64,000 bases of DNA from Epithemia pelagica (GCA_946965045.2 OX337230.1:2108001-2172000), one strand, 5' to 3'. Shown: positions 11,528-22,517, counted from the first letter of the stretch. Notes: a model not told the origin generated them from the sequence alone. A program made the numbers and translations.

Positions 11528-13022
11528 ATGCAATCTGCACAAGGAGAAATGGACGATATAGATCAAGAAATGAAGGATGCCGTTCAGGAAACGAGCAAGA
11601 CGGGCGTCAGTCGACCGTGGGTGGAACGTTATCGACCCAAGAATCTGGACCAAGTATCACATCAACCAGAAGTCGTCGCGACACTGCAAACGGCCGTAAA
11701 AACTGGACGGTTGCCACATTTGTTGTTTTACGGACCACCAGGGAGTGGCAAGGTAGGTCTCATCATAGTGGATTTTTGAGGCGGCGGGTATGTCGGAATA
11801 CTTGGGCGAAGAGAATGGAGCTAACGACATGAAATTTTGGTGCTGTATGGTTTCAGACATCGGCTGCCTTGGCCCTATGTCGTCAATTGTGGGAACCTTC
11901 TCAATGGCGTCGACGAGTCTTGGAACTGAATGCGAGTGACGAGCGTGGTATCTCGGTGGTTCGAGACAAAATCAAACACTTTGCTAGTCTCACGGTTGGC
12001 ACTTCGGGTAGTGGTTCCTTGAAATCCAAACAAATGAAATCCGTGAAACCCAACTTTTTTGGAGTAAAACCAAGTGGTAGTGGTGACCAAAAGCTTTCGG
12101 CCAAGGAGGACGAGGGTAAGACGGACGACAAGAGCGCTGACAAGGAAAACAACAACACGGCCCAGTCATACCCAAACCCACCCTACAAAATCATTATTTT
12201 GGACGAAGCTGATACTGTCACACCCGATGCACAAGCGGCATTGCGACGAATCATTGTAAGAACATATATGGCCTCGAGAAGACCGTATTCTTTTGTCGAC
12301 AAGTTCTTGGTCTCACCATTGGAATGATTATCTCATTTTCTGCCGCTCTTGTGGCGTTTCGTTTGTGTTGCTTGCTTGCCATTATTAAACAGGAAGCCTA
12401 TTCCAAAATTACGCGCTTTATTTTGATTTGCAACTATGTCACACGCATCATTGAACCATTGGCCAGTCGTTGCGCCAAGTTTCGATTTCAATCCTTGCCC
12501 CCCGAATCCATGCGGGGCCGGTTGATGGAAATTGCTGAGGCCGAAGGCTGTGATACGTCCCAATTGGATACCATTCTACAAGTTGCCAAGGGTGACATGC
12601 GACGTGCGGTCACGACCTTGCAATCGGCACACGCCCTTCATCTGACCACTGCTTCCTCGGACAAGAACTCTATAAAACCAGAGGACCGCATTGCGGAAAT
12701 GGCGGGACTTCCCCCTCCCAGTGCCGTCGAGGAACTTATCAAGGCCTGTCGGCATGGTTCGTTTGATGTCATGAAGGATGCTGTGGACGATTTGTTGGCG
12801 GAAGGATACAGCGCCCAGTTGCTACTACAAGCCATGCTACCCCGTTTGACTCGTACGGATCAATTGACCGAACTGTACAAGTCCGAGATTTGTCTGAAAA
12901 TGGCAGAGGCCGAGTATTACATGGTTCAAGGAGCCGATGAAGGTTTGCAGTTGTTGAGTGTTGGAAGTACTGCAGTTCAATGCTTTGCCAAATCCAAAGA
13001 AGCCCTCCAGTCCAAGAGTTGA
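11528..13022 (+). CDS. RFC4: Replication factor C small subunit (human RFC4 / yeast RFC2 type); 3 exons, introns 11753-11856 and 12256-12392
   Basis: RFC boxes [23 protein letters not shown]|TS (Walker A), [20 protein letters not shown] and SRC. Both GT-AG introns restore the frame (RRII|[15 protein letters not shown]). Confidence 0.95.
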
Positions 13023-13742
13023 GGAGGATGAGAGATGATATTGGTTGTGATTGTGGGGTGGTGGGATTAACTCTTCACTTGTATGTGGTTTTGTATGTGG
13101 TCTTGTGTGGATATAAGGAGCCACTCCTGATTCTGCTTTCCGTAGGTATGCGGGAAACCATGGTGCTGCTACTCTCCACCATGCGCTTACCAAGGGAACG
13201 TGCAGCAGAGCGAATACACACATGTTGTGGTGCAGTGCCAATGACCACATGCTTTCCTGGTCCTGGGGGCGTCAAGGTTCTTGCTGCTGGATGACAACCT
13301 CCACAACGCTTGTTAGGGGCAGTCGAAAGAATCTAGGTTGAGATCTATTGAGTTCAAATTATTGATTCCACTTTCCAATTTGCCGCATTCGGCTAGCGAA
13401 TAGGAGAATCTATACCATGGGACTTTCCTCTAGGAGTGGTAGACGTTTGAGTAGGTAGCAATCGCATACTCCTTGGTCTCGCGGTTGTTTCTGGTAGAGT
13501 ACGTTTTGGTCGCATTTCATTGCGAGGACATCTTCGCACTTCGCATTCGGGGAGCTGGGGTAATCCTGAGCAGCTCGCTGTCGTGCCAGGCAAAGTCTGA
13601 CTACAAAGCGGAACACGACCAGAACGCTTAATCGATGTACTATGGCATAAACTATGAACATGGACAAATAGAGAACTAATAGAAAGAATTAGGCCCACCA
13701 CCACCCGGTTTTTGCAACCGCCCCAAATCATACTACATTAAT

Positions 13743-14813
13743 TTACAGACGCACCATCTTGTGTTTCATGCCACCTTCAAACTTGGCGTCCGGCTCATGT
13801 AGGGAAATCAACAACGCTCTGAATCCGTTTGTTGTGTCGTACATAAATTCGTAGTCGAACCTGCTTTGGACCATGAAAGGAAGAGAAAGAGAAAACTTTG
13901 ACCTGACAAAGTCTGTTTCTCTTTTTCGCATCTGATTCATGGCGTCTTCCAAAGCAAGTTTCATTCGTAGGTTTTTCTCCTCGACATGCCACTCTCTGTG
14001 CATGTGTTGGGTTAGATAATGGATATGAGTTGCGTTGTCAGGCCAAATTACCTTCACATGTACCTGTAGCTGGCTCGGATCCACTTCAATCAAGCAATTT
14101 GTTGTGTCTTCATGTGCAATACCTGTAGGCAACACCACCAAAATCACCAAATGACGCTGTTTCTTGTCGTCGACCCACTGTGTCAAGACATGAGGAGGCT
14201 CCCAATTCCTCATCATGTCATTACCACTGTCTTCTTCATTTGTCTTTTTCCTCTTTTGTTGTAGTTGTACCTGTAGTGTCTCCTGTAATGGCATGGATCC
14301 TGCCGCCCTTTTCTTCACCATAGCATTGTCACTGACAACAGACTCAGGAGCGACCTTGGCAGCAACACCTGGTCATAAAAGACAATAAACCACAACAGGT
14401 AAGGACAGTGACTCAACAATCAAACAAACAGTGTACACTGGCACTTACCTTGTCCTTTGGACGACCCAAACAAAGAAGGAGCTGGTTTGAGATCTCCATC
14501 ATTGGGGTTCCTTACCTTTCCATCAATAGATGGGGCCGTCTCACCACCACCCAACAACTCATGACCAGTCTCTCTCTCATGTTGATCCTTCAAGTGGACT
14601 TGGTATTTTTTTGGCTTTGTTGAGTGCCGACCTGAATGATTCCAATTTGTACTTTTGGAAAACAGCGTGTTCCAACCACACAGATTTGGGTGTGGCGCTC
14701 TCCAGAATCAAGCCTTCTGACACGATTTTGTCAAGGAATTCGGCATCTTTCGACTTTGAATCCCACGAAAGTAGGGCACCCTTGCCCAAAGTGTTGCGGC
14801 CAGACCTGGTCAT
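13743..14813 (-). pseudogene. Accessory ORF of the Harbinger-like element (N-terminal helical W..S..A..L..P..V..F..Y..FR region; C-terminal beta-rich domain); intron 14369-14448
   Basis: Starts MTRSGRN at 14813. A frameshift in the A-run near 14605-14611 plus a TGA break the frame. An 80-nt GTAAGT...CCAG intron joins it in frame to the 192-aa ORF 13743-14321. Confidence 0.65.
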
Positions 14814-15569
14814 CGGAGTATAGGTACTATTAGTACGTAAAACAAAAGCGCGAGGGAGTGCAAAACCAGACTGGTCTGTTCGCACGAAAACTAATTATGA
14901 CCCTAAAAACAGTTCACCAAAATCCGGACTGGGTCGGTTTTCATCATGGACTCCATTTTTCAATCGAGGAGGCCATGCCCAATTTGGCTCCAATTCTGAA
15001 AGTAGTGCGACCCACGTATTGCCCTTACCTTGGGTCAACCGTGGGTCGTTCGTCCAAGTGAATTGGGCACTTATAAGGTGTCCTGGGTCGGTTTCAAAAA
15101 AACGAGCTGGGTCGATTTTTTTGAGCCAGGTCGTTTTTTCAAAACCGACCCAGGACACTTTCTAGTGGTTCAAATGATATAATCAAGCGACCCACAGTTA
15201 ACCCAAGATAAGGGCAATATGTGGGTTGCTTAAGATGTAGAAAGTAATAGGATGTTGGCGAGGTAGGGCCATTCAGAAATTCCAGTTTTTGAATGAAAAC
15301 GATTTTTGAATCGATTTCTGCACCGTTCCAGGCCGGTTCCAATGACCGGACACGAATTCGAATTGGTCACTATATGTAGAACAGTACAAAGTTTAGTCTC
15401 ACTGCTCAACTGACCAGCCAATCAAATGAACGTGATGAAATTCCAAAAAACCTGTTCCAATGAACTGACAGTACTACACACAGACAGACCGAGATCAGAG
15501 TAAAGGTGTGGTCAGCATCGCGACACACACTGAGCAAACATAAATTTTCCAAAGCGGTTTTCTCCCACC

Positions 15570-16508
15570 ATGTTGGTGACACAACGAACATTCATCAACT
15601 TGGCTCTGCCAATGCTTGGTAGAGCAAGACACTCACACTCACTTGATTTCTCACGTGCTTTTTGTTCTTACTTTGGAATGTCTCCTTTGCTCTGTGTTCA
15701 TGTGTGGGATGAACTGGACAGTTCATTGCCCAAAGGTGCATCGCCTCGTCATTTGTAGTGGACACTGGCTTTTCTGAAAGTCTATGCTACAGAGGATGTT
15801 ATGGTCTCAATAGCCAAAACAGCGAGGAAGACCTACAGGAAGTGGGTCAAAGTGTTTGTAAATTTGTTGTATAGTGGTCTTGATTATGTAAGTACATGGC
15901 CCTACATGAATTTGCCATGAAGTCGTCCTCCTCATATCTGACCATTGCTGTTGTTCTTATAACAGATTGTATGGGACAATAGGTTTGATTGTTGTGTACC
16001 TGGACAGGTCTGTTTCATTAGTTTGGATGGTACTGACTTCAGGATTTTGGAGCCGTCACCTTTTGATCCAAAATGGTACTCGCACAAGTTTAAGGGAGCA
16101 GGTGTGAGGTATGAGGTGGGAATCTGCCTGAAAACTGGCTGGATAGTGTGGTGGAATGGTGCATTCCCTTGTGGCGCTTGGCCAGACCTACGGATTGCCA
16201 GAGACTGGCTTGTTCAAGAGCTACTACCGAATGAGAAAGTGATTGCTGATGGTGGTTACAACGATTCTGGATGCTACTTTGTCACACCTACTGGAAGAAA
16301 TGACTATCAAGACAAGATGATGGCAGATGCCAGGGCGAGACATGAAACTGTCAACAATTTACTGAAACATTACAATATCTTAAAGGAGAAATACAGAGGA
16401 GATCTGGATGGGCATCACAAGGTGTTTGGAGCAGTGGTGAATCTGGTTCAGATGAAGATTGAAAATGGTGAGGCGAAAGTGTTTCAGATCGAAGTGGAAG
16501 ATGACTAG
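15570..16508 (+). pseudogene. Harbinger/IS5-like DDE transposase (DDE_Tnp_4-like); intron 15888-15965; premature TAG at 15756-15758
   Basis: HL*WTLAFLKVY, then after a 78-nt GTAAGT...ACAG intron SLDGTDFRI, WYSHKFKGAGVRYEVG, NGAFPCGAWPDL, IADGGY and ARARHETVN, giving the DDE triad. Confidence 0.9.
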
Positions 16509-16768
16509 CAGTACAAATATGTAGCGGTTATGAACCGGGTGGTGGTGGGTTTTAATAGTACTAGCAGTCAGTATATCATCTTTTGTCGCTAGAGTGTTCT
16601 TTATTCAGAAAAAGCGTTCGGTAACTCCTATAGGTCACAGTCAGTATCTGACTGGTAAGGTAGCGACCTGCTCAGGATTACCCCATCTCCCGGGTATTGG
16701 GCACTTGGTGACAGATGGCCTTCTGTCGCGCTTCAAATTCTCTGGGTGCGAGATGTTTTGTGGCGCCG

Positions 16769-16908
16769 TTGTTGTTGCGTGCGGACGATTGACGGACGAC
16801 GCGCGTGCCCGTCCAGCAAAGCAACCCGGGTGTCACACACATCGCACAGAGCCAAGTCTCATTCTTTTTCTTGCCGTCACGAGAGACCGTTCGGAATAGA
16901 ATAGATTA
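16769..16908 (+). repeat. Split direct repeat A1 of YR retrotransposon 1
   Basis: Identical to 22653-22792 (TTGTTGTTGCGTGCGGACG...GAATAGATTA). Confidence 0.95.
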
Positions 16909-16916
16909 GATTAACC

Positions 16917-19025
16917 ATGGCCACCCCAGGTGCCCAGACCGCCGCGGCACAGCCACCTGTGGCCGCCACCAACTACAAAGCACGCTACCATAACCAACGC
17001 GATGCCTTCAATGGCCAGTATTCAGCTCTGTACAAGCCATATCACCCCGTCAACGGTCTTTCCAAGGAAGCTCTGTTTGAAACCGTCGTCACCTCCGCTC
17101 AAAACATTCCCAAGGTGTTCCTCGCCCAAGTGGAGATCGACAACGACTTCTGTGTCATCGCCGTCCACCGACCATCACGTTACGAGCAAGACATGACCCG
17201 CATCTCGCACACATGGGACGACAAGGTCTTCGCCTTCATCGGCGACATTCGGGCAGGCAGTCATTTCATCCGAACTGTCACACTCCCTGATGACTGTTTC
17301 GAAGTCACCGAACCGCAGCGAGTCACCGTCCACGCCAACATGGACGCCAAGTGGAAGGCGGATTACAACGTAGACATCCTTGAACCTGTCCCTCAGAACG
17401 AAGCAGGCTCCACATCTATCACCACTCGACGCCTTATACCCGTCCCCGCAGCATACGTTTCCCTCGTCTTGGGCAAAACGTTTTCCACACGAGAAGCCTG
17501 GTCCGTCCTAACCACCGCTCTTGTACACGACTCACGCGAACTGGCATGCGTACAACTGGTTGATTGGTTACGTGTAGCATCCTTTCGCCGCAAAAAGGGG
17601 AGTGCACCAGCTACCTGTCTGGGCGATATCAACACCGTCTTCCCCAACGTTCCAGCCGACGAGCAATTGGATCGCCATCGTTGGAACATTCTCACACGAG
17701 ACATGCCTGCCCTCAACCGCGCAACAACAGTGAGCAATGTCGGTGGCATCACCGATCAACACTTTGTCAAATTCTTGAGCACAATGCGGAGTGATCGTGC
17801 ACAAGAACGTGCCCAAGAAGAAGCGCGCCGCGTAGCCGATAAACAGGACAAACTTCCGTCCGCCACCAAGTACAAAGTCGTTGCCCGAGAGTGGATGACT
17901 TTCTGCTCCGTGACCAACGAAGAACACCTCCCAGCCATCTACCACGAAATCGTCAACAGCGACAAGGCAGAACACCTCACAATTCTCCGCAACGCGGTCA
18001 AAGCACGAGCTCGCAGTTCTGACGCTGCCACAGACCAAACCCCAGTGGTCTCAAAAGAAACAAAAGAGATGGTCCTTTCGGCACGTTTTGGAGTGGAGCC
18101 ACACCAAGCCCATGATCTCACCTTGGGCCTGCAGCCTTTCAGTATGGGCCTCTTCGTGGGCAATGAACTCAGCAAGACGGTGGAGTTACGCGCAACAGGA
18201 TACGAGACAATGCTCCAAGGGCTTGCCGCTCCTACCTTAGGCGAACAAGCCACCTTTAACACTAAGGAGATCCGCCTACCCCAGCACCCTTTCACCGCAG
18301 GGCTCATGCTAACATCTACGAGTGTGCAACTCGATGTACTACAAGGTAAAAACCACCCATGCGCGATCGCCTACCGGTACTTTTGCACGAAACAATGGCC
18401 CACCATTGCAACCACATTGCACCTCTCGTCGCGCTACAATCCCGCCCTTTCCCAATCCGTGCTTCCACGCATCCTGCGCTGGATTCAAACGCATCTTGTT
18501 TGCTACTTCCACCAATTGATGACAAATGATGGCAATCCTGTTCCCTTGCCTCCTTTTGCCGACTTACAAAACATGATTTCTCTCCAGCAATTCAACTTGC
18601 TACCGGATCTCCCCGACGCTTACCGCCTCCTCCCTTCGCCTGCCCCAGCCCCGGCTGCACCGACCGACACCAAGCCCGCAGCCAAACCAACCGAACAAAC
18701 GAAGCGTGACAGCACAACTCCAGACTCCTCCAATGCGGGACGCACCACCACTTCCAACCGTGGCGGTGCCCTCGTCACAAATCCCACCATCTCCTCCGCC
18801 CTGAAAGACAAATTGGAAGCCTCCACCAAGCGCATTTGTGACTTCCAAAGCCACGCACCAAACTCTACCAACACCAGCAACGAAGGCAAGCCAATTCCGA
18901 TCTGCCTCAGCTACCACATGCGTGGCCACTGTTTCTCCAATTGTAACCGAGTGGCAACACACCGCCCACTTTCCGATGCTGAAGCCTCTGCCCTCGCCAC
19001 CATGGCCCAGCAGCACCTCGAATAG
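16917..19025 (+). CDS. Gag-like ORF1 of YR retrotransposon 1 with a C-terminal CCCH zinc finger
   Basis: 702-aa ORF starting 8 bp after A1. Pro-rich linker, then C-x8-C-x3-C-x5-H (CLSYHMRGHCFSNCNRVATH). Confidence 0.85.
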   Translation: MATPGAQTAAAQPPVAATNYKARYHNQRDAFNGQYSALYKPYHPVNGLSKEALFETVVTSAQNIPKVFLAQVEIDNDFCVIAVHRPSRYEQDMTRISHTWDDKVFAFIGDIRAGSHFIRTVTLPDDCFEVTEPQRVTVHANMDAKWKADYNVDILEPVPQNEAGSTSITTRRLIPVPAAYVSLVLGKTFSTREAWSVLTTALVHDSRELACVQLVDWLRVASFRRKKGSAPATCLGDINTVFPNVPADEQLDRHRWNILTRDMPALNRATTVSNVGGITDQHFVKFLSTMRSDRAQERAQEEARRVADKQDKLPSATKYKVVAREWMTFCSVTNEEHLPAIYHEIVNSDKAEHLTILRNAVKARARSSDAATDQTPVVSKETKEMVLSARFGVEPHQAHDLTLGLQPFSMGLFVGNELSKTVELRATGYETMLQGLAAPTLGEQATFNTKEIRLPQHPFTAGLMLTSTSVQLDVLQGKNHPCAIAYRYFCTKQWPTIATTLHLSSRYNPALSQSVLPRILRWIQTHLVCYFHQLMTNDGNPVPLPPFADLQNMISLQQFNLLPDLPDAYRLLPSPAPAPAAPTDTKPAAKPTEQTKRDSTTPDSSNAGRTTTSNRGGALVTNPTISSALKDKLEASTKRICDFQSHAPNSTNTSNEGKPIPICLSYHMRGHCFSNCNRVATHRPLSDAEASALATMAQQHLE

Positions 19026-21454
19026 GATGCAGGCCAAGATGTTACATTCCAGACGCACAAACGAGTGCGACTCTCCGCGAACATCTCTAGGCCATCTAAC
19101 TCCCATCCTGTACCGCCCCCTGTCGTCCAGATCCACACAACAGCACACGCAACAACCGATAGCAACACCAAGACCGACACCGCGAACACAGAACTGGGTA
19201 AGTTAGTAGAACAACATTCAGCCTTGCTTTCTTCCCTCCCCTGGGTGGATTTCGTTCACCGTGTCCGCGGACGGTCTTGTATTGCCCCGCTTGTATCTCG
19301 TGTGCCGCATCGAGCTGCAACGATCTTAGACGAATTCCGTCGAGCCGGAGTCCCAGTCCTATGCACCGACCCCGAGTGGTCGCCTAGCATTCGACACATG
19401 GCAACCACACGTGGTTGCCACAAAAGCGCGTGCGAATCTCGTTCCTTTGTCCACAGCGACATGGCCGATATGGTCTCACGCGGCTACTGGGTAGTCCTTC
19501 CCTACCACCTTGTCAAAACGCTGCCAAACCTACGAATTTCTCCAATTGGCTGCGTACTGCAGCGAGAGCGTCGTCCCCGCATCATTGTTGATTATACTTA
19601 CAGCGGTATCAACGCCGTCACCGACCGCCAAGCCCACCAAGAAGCCATGCAATTTGGGGGCACTCTCAAGCGCATCCTACGGCAAATAATGTCGGCAAAT
19701 CCAAAACACGGGCACACCTATATGCTCAAAATTGACCTATCTGACGGATTCTATCGCGTCCCTGTCCGCCCTGCCGACGTACCACGGCTTGGCGTCATCC
19801 TACCGCCCCTCCCTGGCTCAAACAACGATTTGATAGCCTTCCCGGTGACGCTCCCAATGGGATGGACGGAAAGTCCCCCTCAGTTCACCGCGTTCACTGA
19901 AACAGTGACCGATCTTACAAACCGTCTCGTGGCCGAAACGTCCTGGGACCCACCAGCCCACCCATTGGAACGCCTTGCCAGCTCCGAGCCACCGTTGGAC
20001 CCCAGTCGAACAACCATCTGCCTCCCTGCCCCCACCAACATCCCAGCTGCACCACCACCAACGGCATCGCCCGACATTCTTGTCTCGCTTCCAAACTTGC
20101 CTGCTGAACCAACTTCCAAATTTGTTCGTTATCAGCACAAAAAACCCCTGGCCTACTGCGATGTCTATCTTGACGACGAGATAATGTTGGGACAAGGATC
20201 CCAAGCACGACTCAACCGACTGCGGCGGACGCTCCTCCATTGTAATGACATGGTGTTCCGCCCCAACGATGACACCGACAACAGCCAAGGCCGCCGAGAA
20301 CCAATATCAACCAAAAAACTGATGCGAGGAGACGCTTGTTGGTCGACCAGCAAAATTATTCTTGGTTGGAAAAATGATACCATCTAAAAAACCATCGAAC
20401 TGCCAGACCATCGAAAGACAAAACTACTACACCTCCTTCACATGTTTCGCCGTCGCACCACAGCCACGCTTCTCGAATTTCAAAAACTATTGGGCGAGCT
20501 CCGCAGCATGGCCATTGGGATACCTGGTTCCCATGGCCTCTTTTCCCAGTTACAGCACGCCATGTCACAAGCACACAACTCTGGCGTCATCCAAATTACA
20601 GCAGCCGTCCGCGACCAACTCGACGACCTGCTACTGTAAGCCACCGACCTTGCGTCACGACCCACACGCATTGCTGAAATAGTACCGTCCAAACCCGCCT
20701 TCCACGGCACCTGCGATGCTTCTGGACTGGGCCTTGGCGGTGTCTGGCTCCCGCCTATCCGGCCATCCAAAAACACACCTTTCATCCCGCCAACTGTTTG
20801 GAGTTGCGCTTTACCAGACTGCATCACATCCCAATTGCAGACATTCGAAAACCCCGGTGGCACAATTACTATCAACGATTTAGAACTCGCCGCTACAATC
20901 CTGCATGCCGATGTCCTGTCCTCCATGGCCAACATCCAAGAAACAACACTCGCCACCGGTTGCGACAACGTCAGCGCCGTGGCTTGGAACAAACGAAAAA
21001 GCATTACGTCCGACGGCGCAGCAGCTTACCTACTCCGACTGCAGAGCCTTCACCAACGACAACACCGCTACCAACACGCGGTTCATTACCTCCCAGGGGA
21101 GAAAAACATCATGGCCGATCATGCGTCACGTCTAACACATCTGTCCCAACATGCTTTACTCACCCATTTCAACAACGCCTTTCCACAGACACACTCCTGG
21201 CAGCTTCGCCACCCCCAATCCGACGTTCTTTCCTCAGTGATCTGCGCATTGCTCGGTTGTCGGCCTGGAACTCAGTCACACCCTCACGCGCATCCGCCCA
21301 ACAACGCTCGTGGACCAAGATTTGGCAACCTTTTTGCAGATCCCTCGAAGTCGACACCCTCCTTGCTGCCACCGAAGACAAAATACCCATCCTGCAGGTC
21401 CTCGCAGTTCGCATACGAGATGGAAGATGCAGCCGCAGTCACCAGCCCGTCCGC
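19026..21454 (+). pseudogene. Reverse transcriptase + RNase H (DIRS/Ngaro class) with in-frame TAA at 20385-20387 and 20637-20639
   Basis: RT motifs RISPIGCV, RPRIIVDY, MLKIDLSDGFYRV, LPMGWTESP and YLDD. RNase H motifs TCDASG, NDLELAA, GCDN and NIMADHASR. All lie in one frame. Confidence 0.92.
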
Positions 21455-22367
21455 TGATACCGTGGCTGACGAGCTGCACTCCATTGCAAAAACGTTTAGC
21501 CATATGGGGGCCCCTGACCCACGGCTTGACAAATTCGGCGCCATCGACATCCGCCTCCAACGCTTGTTGACAAGCTGGCGCAACAAAGACCCTCCTCCGG
21601 CCCGTGTACAACCCATACCACTTCAACTTCTTCGCACTGCACAGCGAATCGCCGCCTGTACTTTGGATGAAGAAACACAGGCAACCATGGAACTGGCATG
21701 GATCGGTTTTTTCTACCTGCTCCGCCCCGGTGAATTTTCCTTCACACATGACAACTATCCACTTCTCTGCCGCAACATTTCGATCTGCGTCGGAATCCGC
21801 AAGCTTGACATCTTCGATTGCCCGGAAACCGAATTGCTCAAAGCAACAACTTCTGCCATCACCTTTGACAACCAAAAGAATCGCAACAAGGGTGAAATAA
21901 TCGCCCATGCCCTCAGTGGTGATGCAGTAATGTGCCCAACACGCTCGTTGGTTCGCCGCATAATCGCCCTTCGACACGCAGGAGCAGGCCCTGAAACTCC
22001 CCTTTGCGCGTACACAACCACACGACAAGGCTTCTTCCACTACGTCACCTCCACTATGATTGCGGCCTTTCTGCGACAGGTGTCCGGTGGTGTCCCCCTT
22101 TGCGGACTTGACATGAAAAACATCCAAACTCGTGGGCTCCGTTCGGGCGGTGCCATGGCCCTGCTGGCAGCAAAAGTCGACACGGACCTCATCCGTCTCG
22201 TGGGACGATGGCGGTCCGATGCCATGTTCCGCTACCTCCACGCCCGCTCCATCCCCGTCGTATGCGGTCTCGCCGAAACCATGCTGGACCATGGATCCTT
22301 CACACTAGCCCCGGGCGCCACCACACCAACAACCGTCGATCCTCTCCTTGACGCCTACCCCGAATAG
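21197..22367 (+). pseudogene. Tyrosine recombinase of retrotransposon 1; N-terminal part overlaps RNase H in another frame; frameshift at about 21452-21455
   Basis: FFYLLRPGEF, QKNR, TRGLRSGGAMALL and GRWRSDAMFRYL. The N-terminal SAM-like region (W..FC..L...IPILQVLAVRIRDGR) is in ORF 20798-21457 and joins the C-terminal half only if about 2 nt are restored (compare PVRAERV in element 2). Confidence 0.9.
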
Positions 22368-22517
22368 CCCGAGTTCCATACCTACTCCTACAACACCATC
22401 CACCCTCGCCATACCCATCTCTATTTCCCATCCAAATTCCATACTCATTCTCTACAATCTCCCACACCTCCGATGTCACCCGTCCCACCCGTCACTATCT
22501 TGGCCCACCAAGAAGTG

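Larger units (their letters stand above)
13551..16690. mobile_element. PIF/Harbinger-like DNA transposon, 3140 bp, two divergently oriented genes, both disabled
   Basis: Imperfect 52-bp TIRs at 13551-13602 and 16639-16690 (GGAG[C/A]TGGGGTAATCCTGAGCAG..., 27 of the first 29 identical). Flanked by CGG at 13548-13550 and 16691-16693. Contains a DDE_Tnp_4-like transposase and an accessory ORF. Confidence 0.9.

Noticed and set aside
21276-22292. 338-aa antisense ORF, and similar antisense ORFs over the gag, RT, YR, NHE and MFS genes
   Set aside because: These are shadow ORFs of GC-rich coding sequence on the other strand, with no recognisable motifs.
21197-22367. Phage or bacterial integrase, i.e. 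prophage or contamination
   Set aside because: The YR overlaps an RT/RNase H ORF inside split direct repeats and is surrounded by intron-containing eukaryotic genes.
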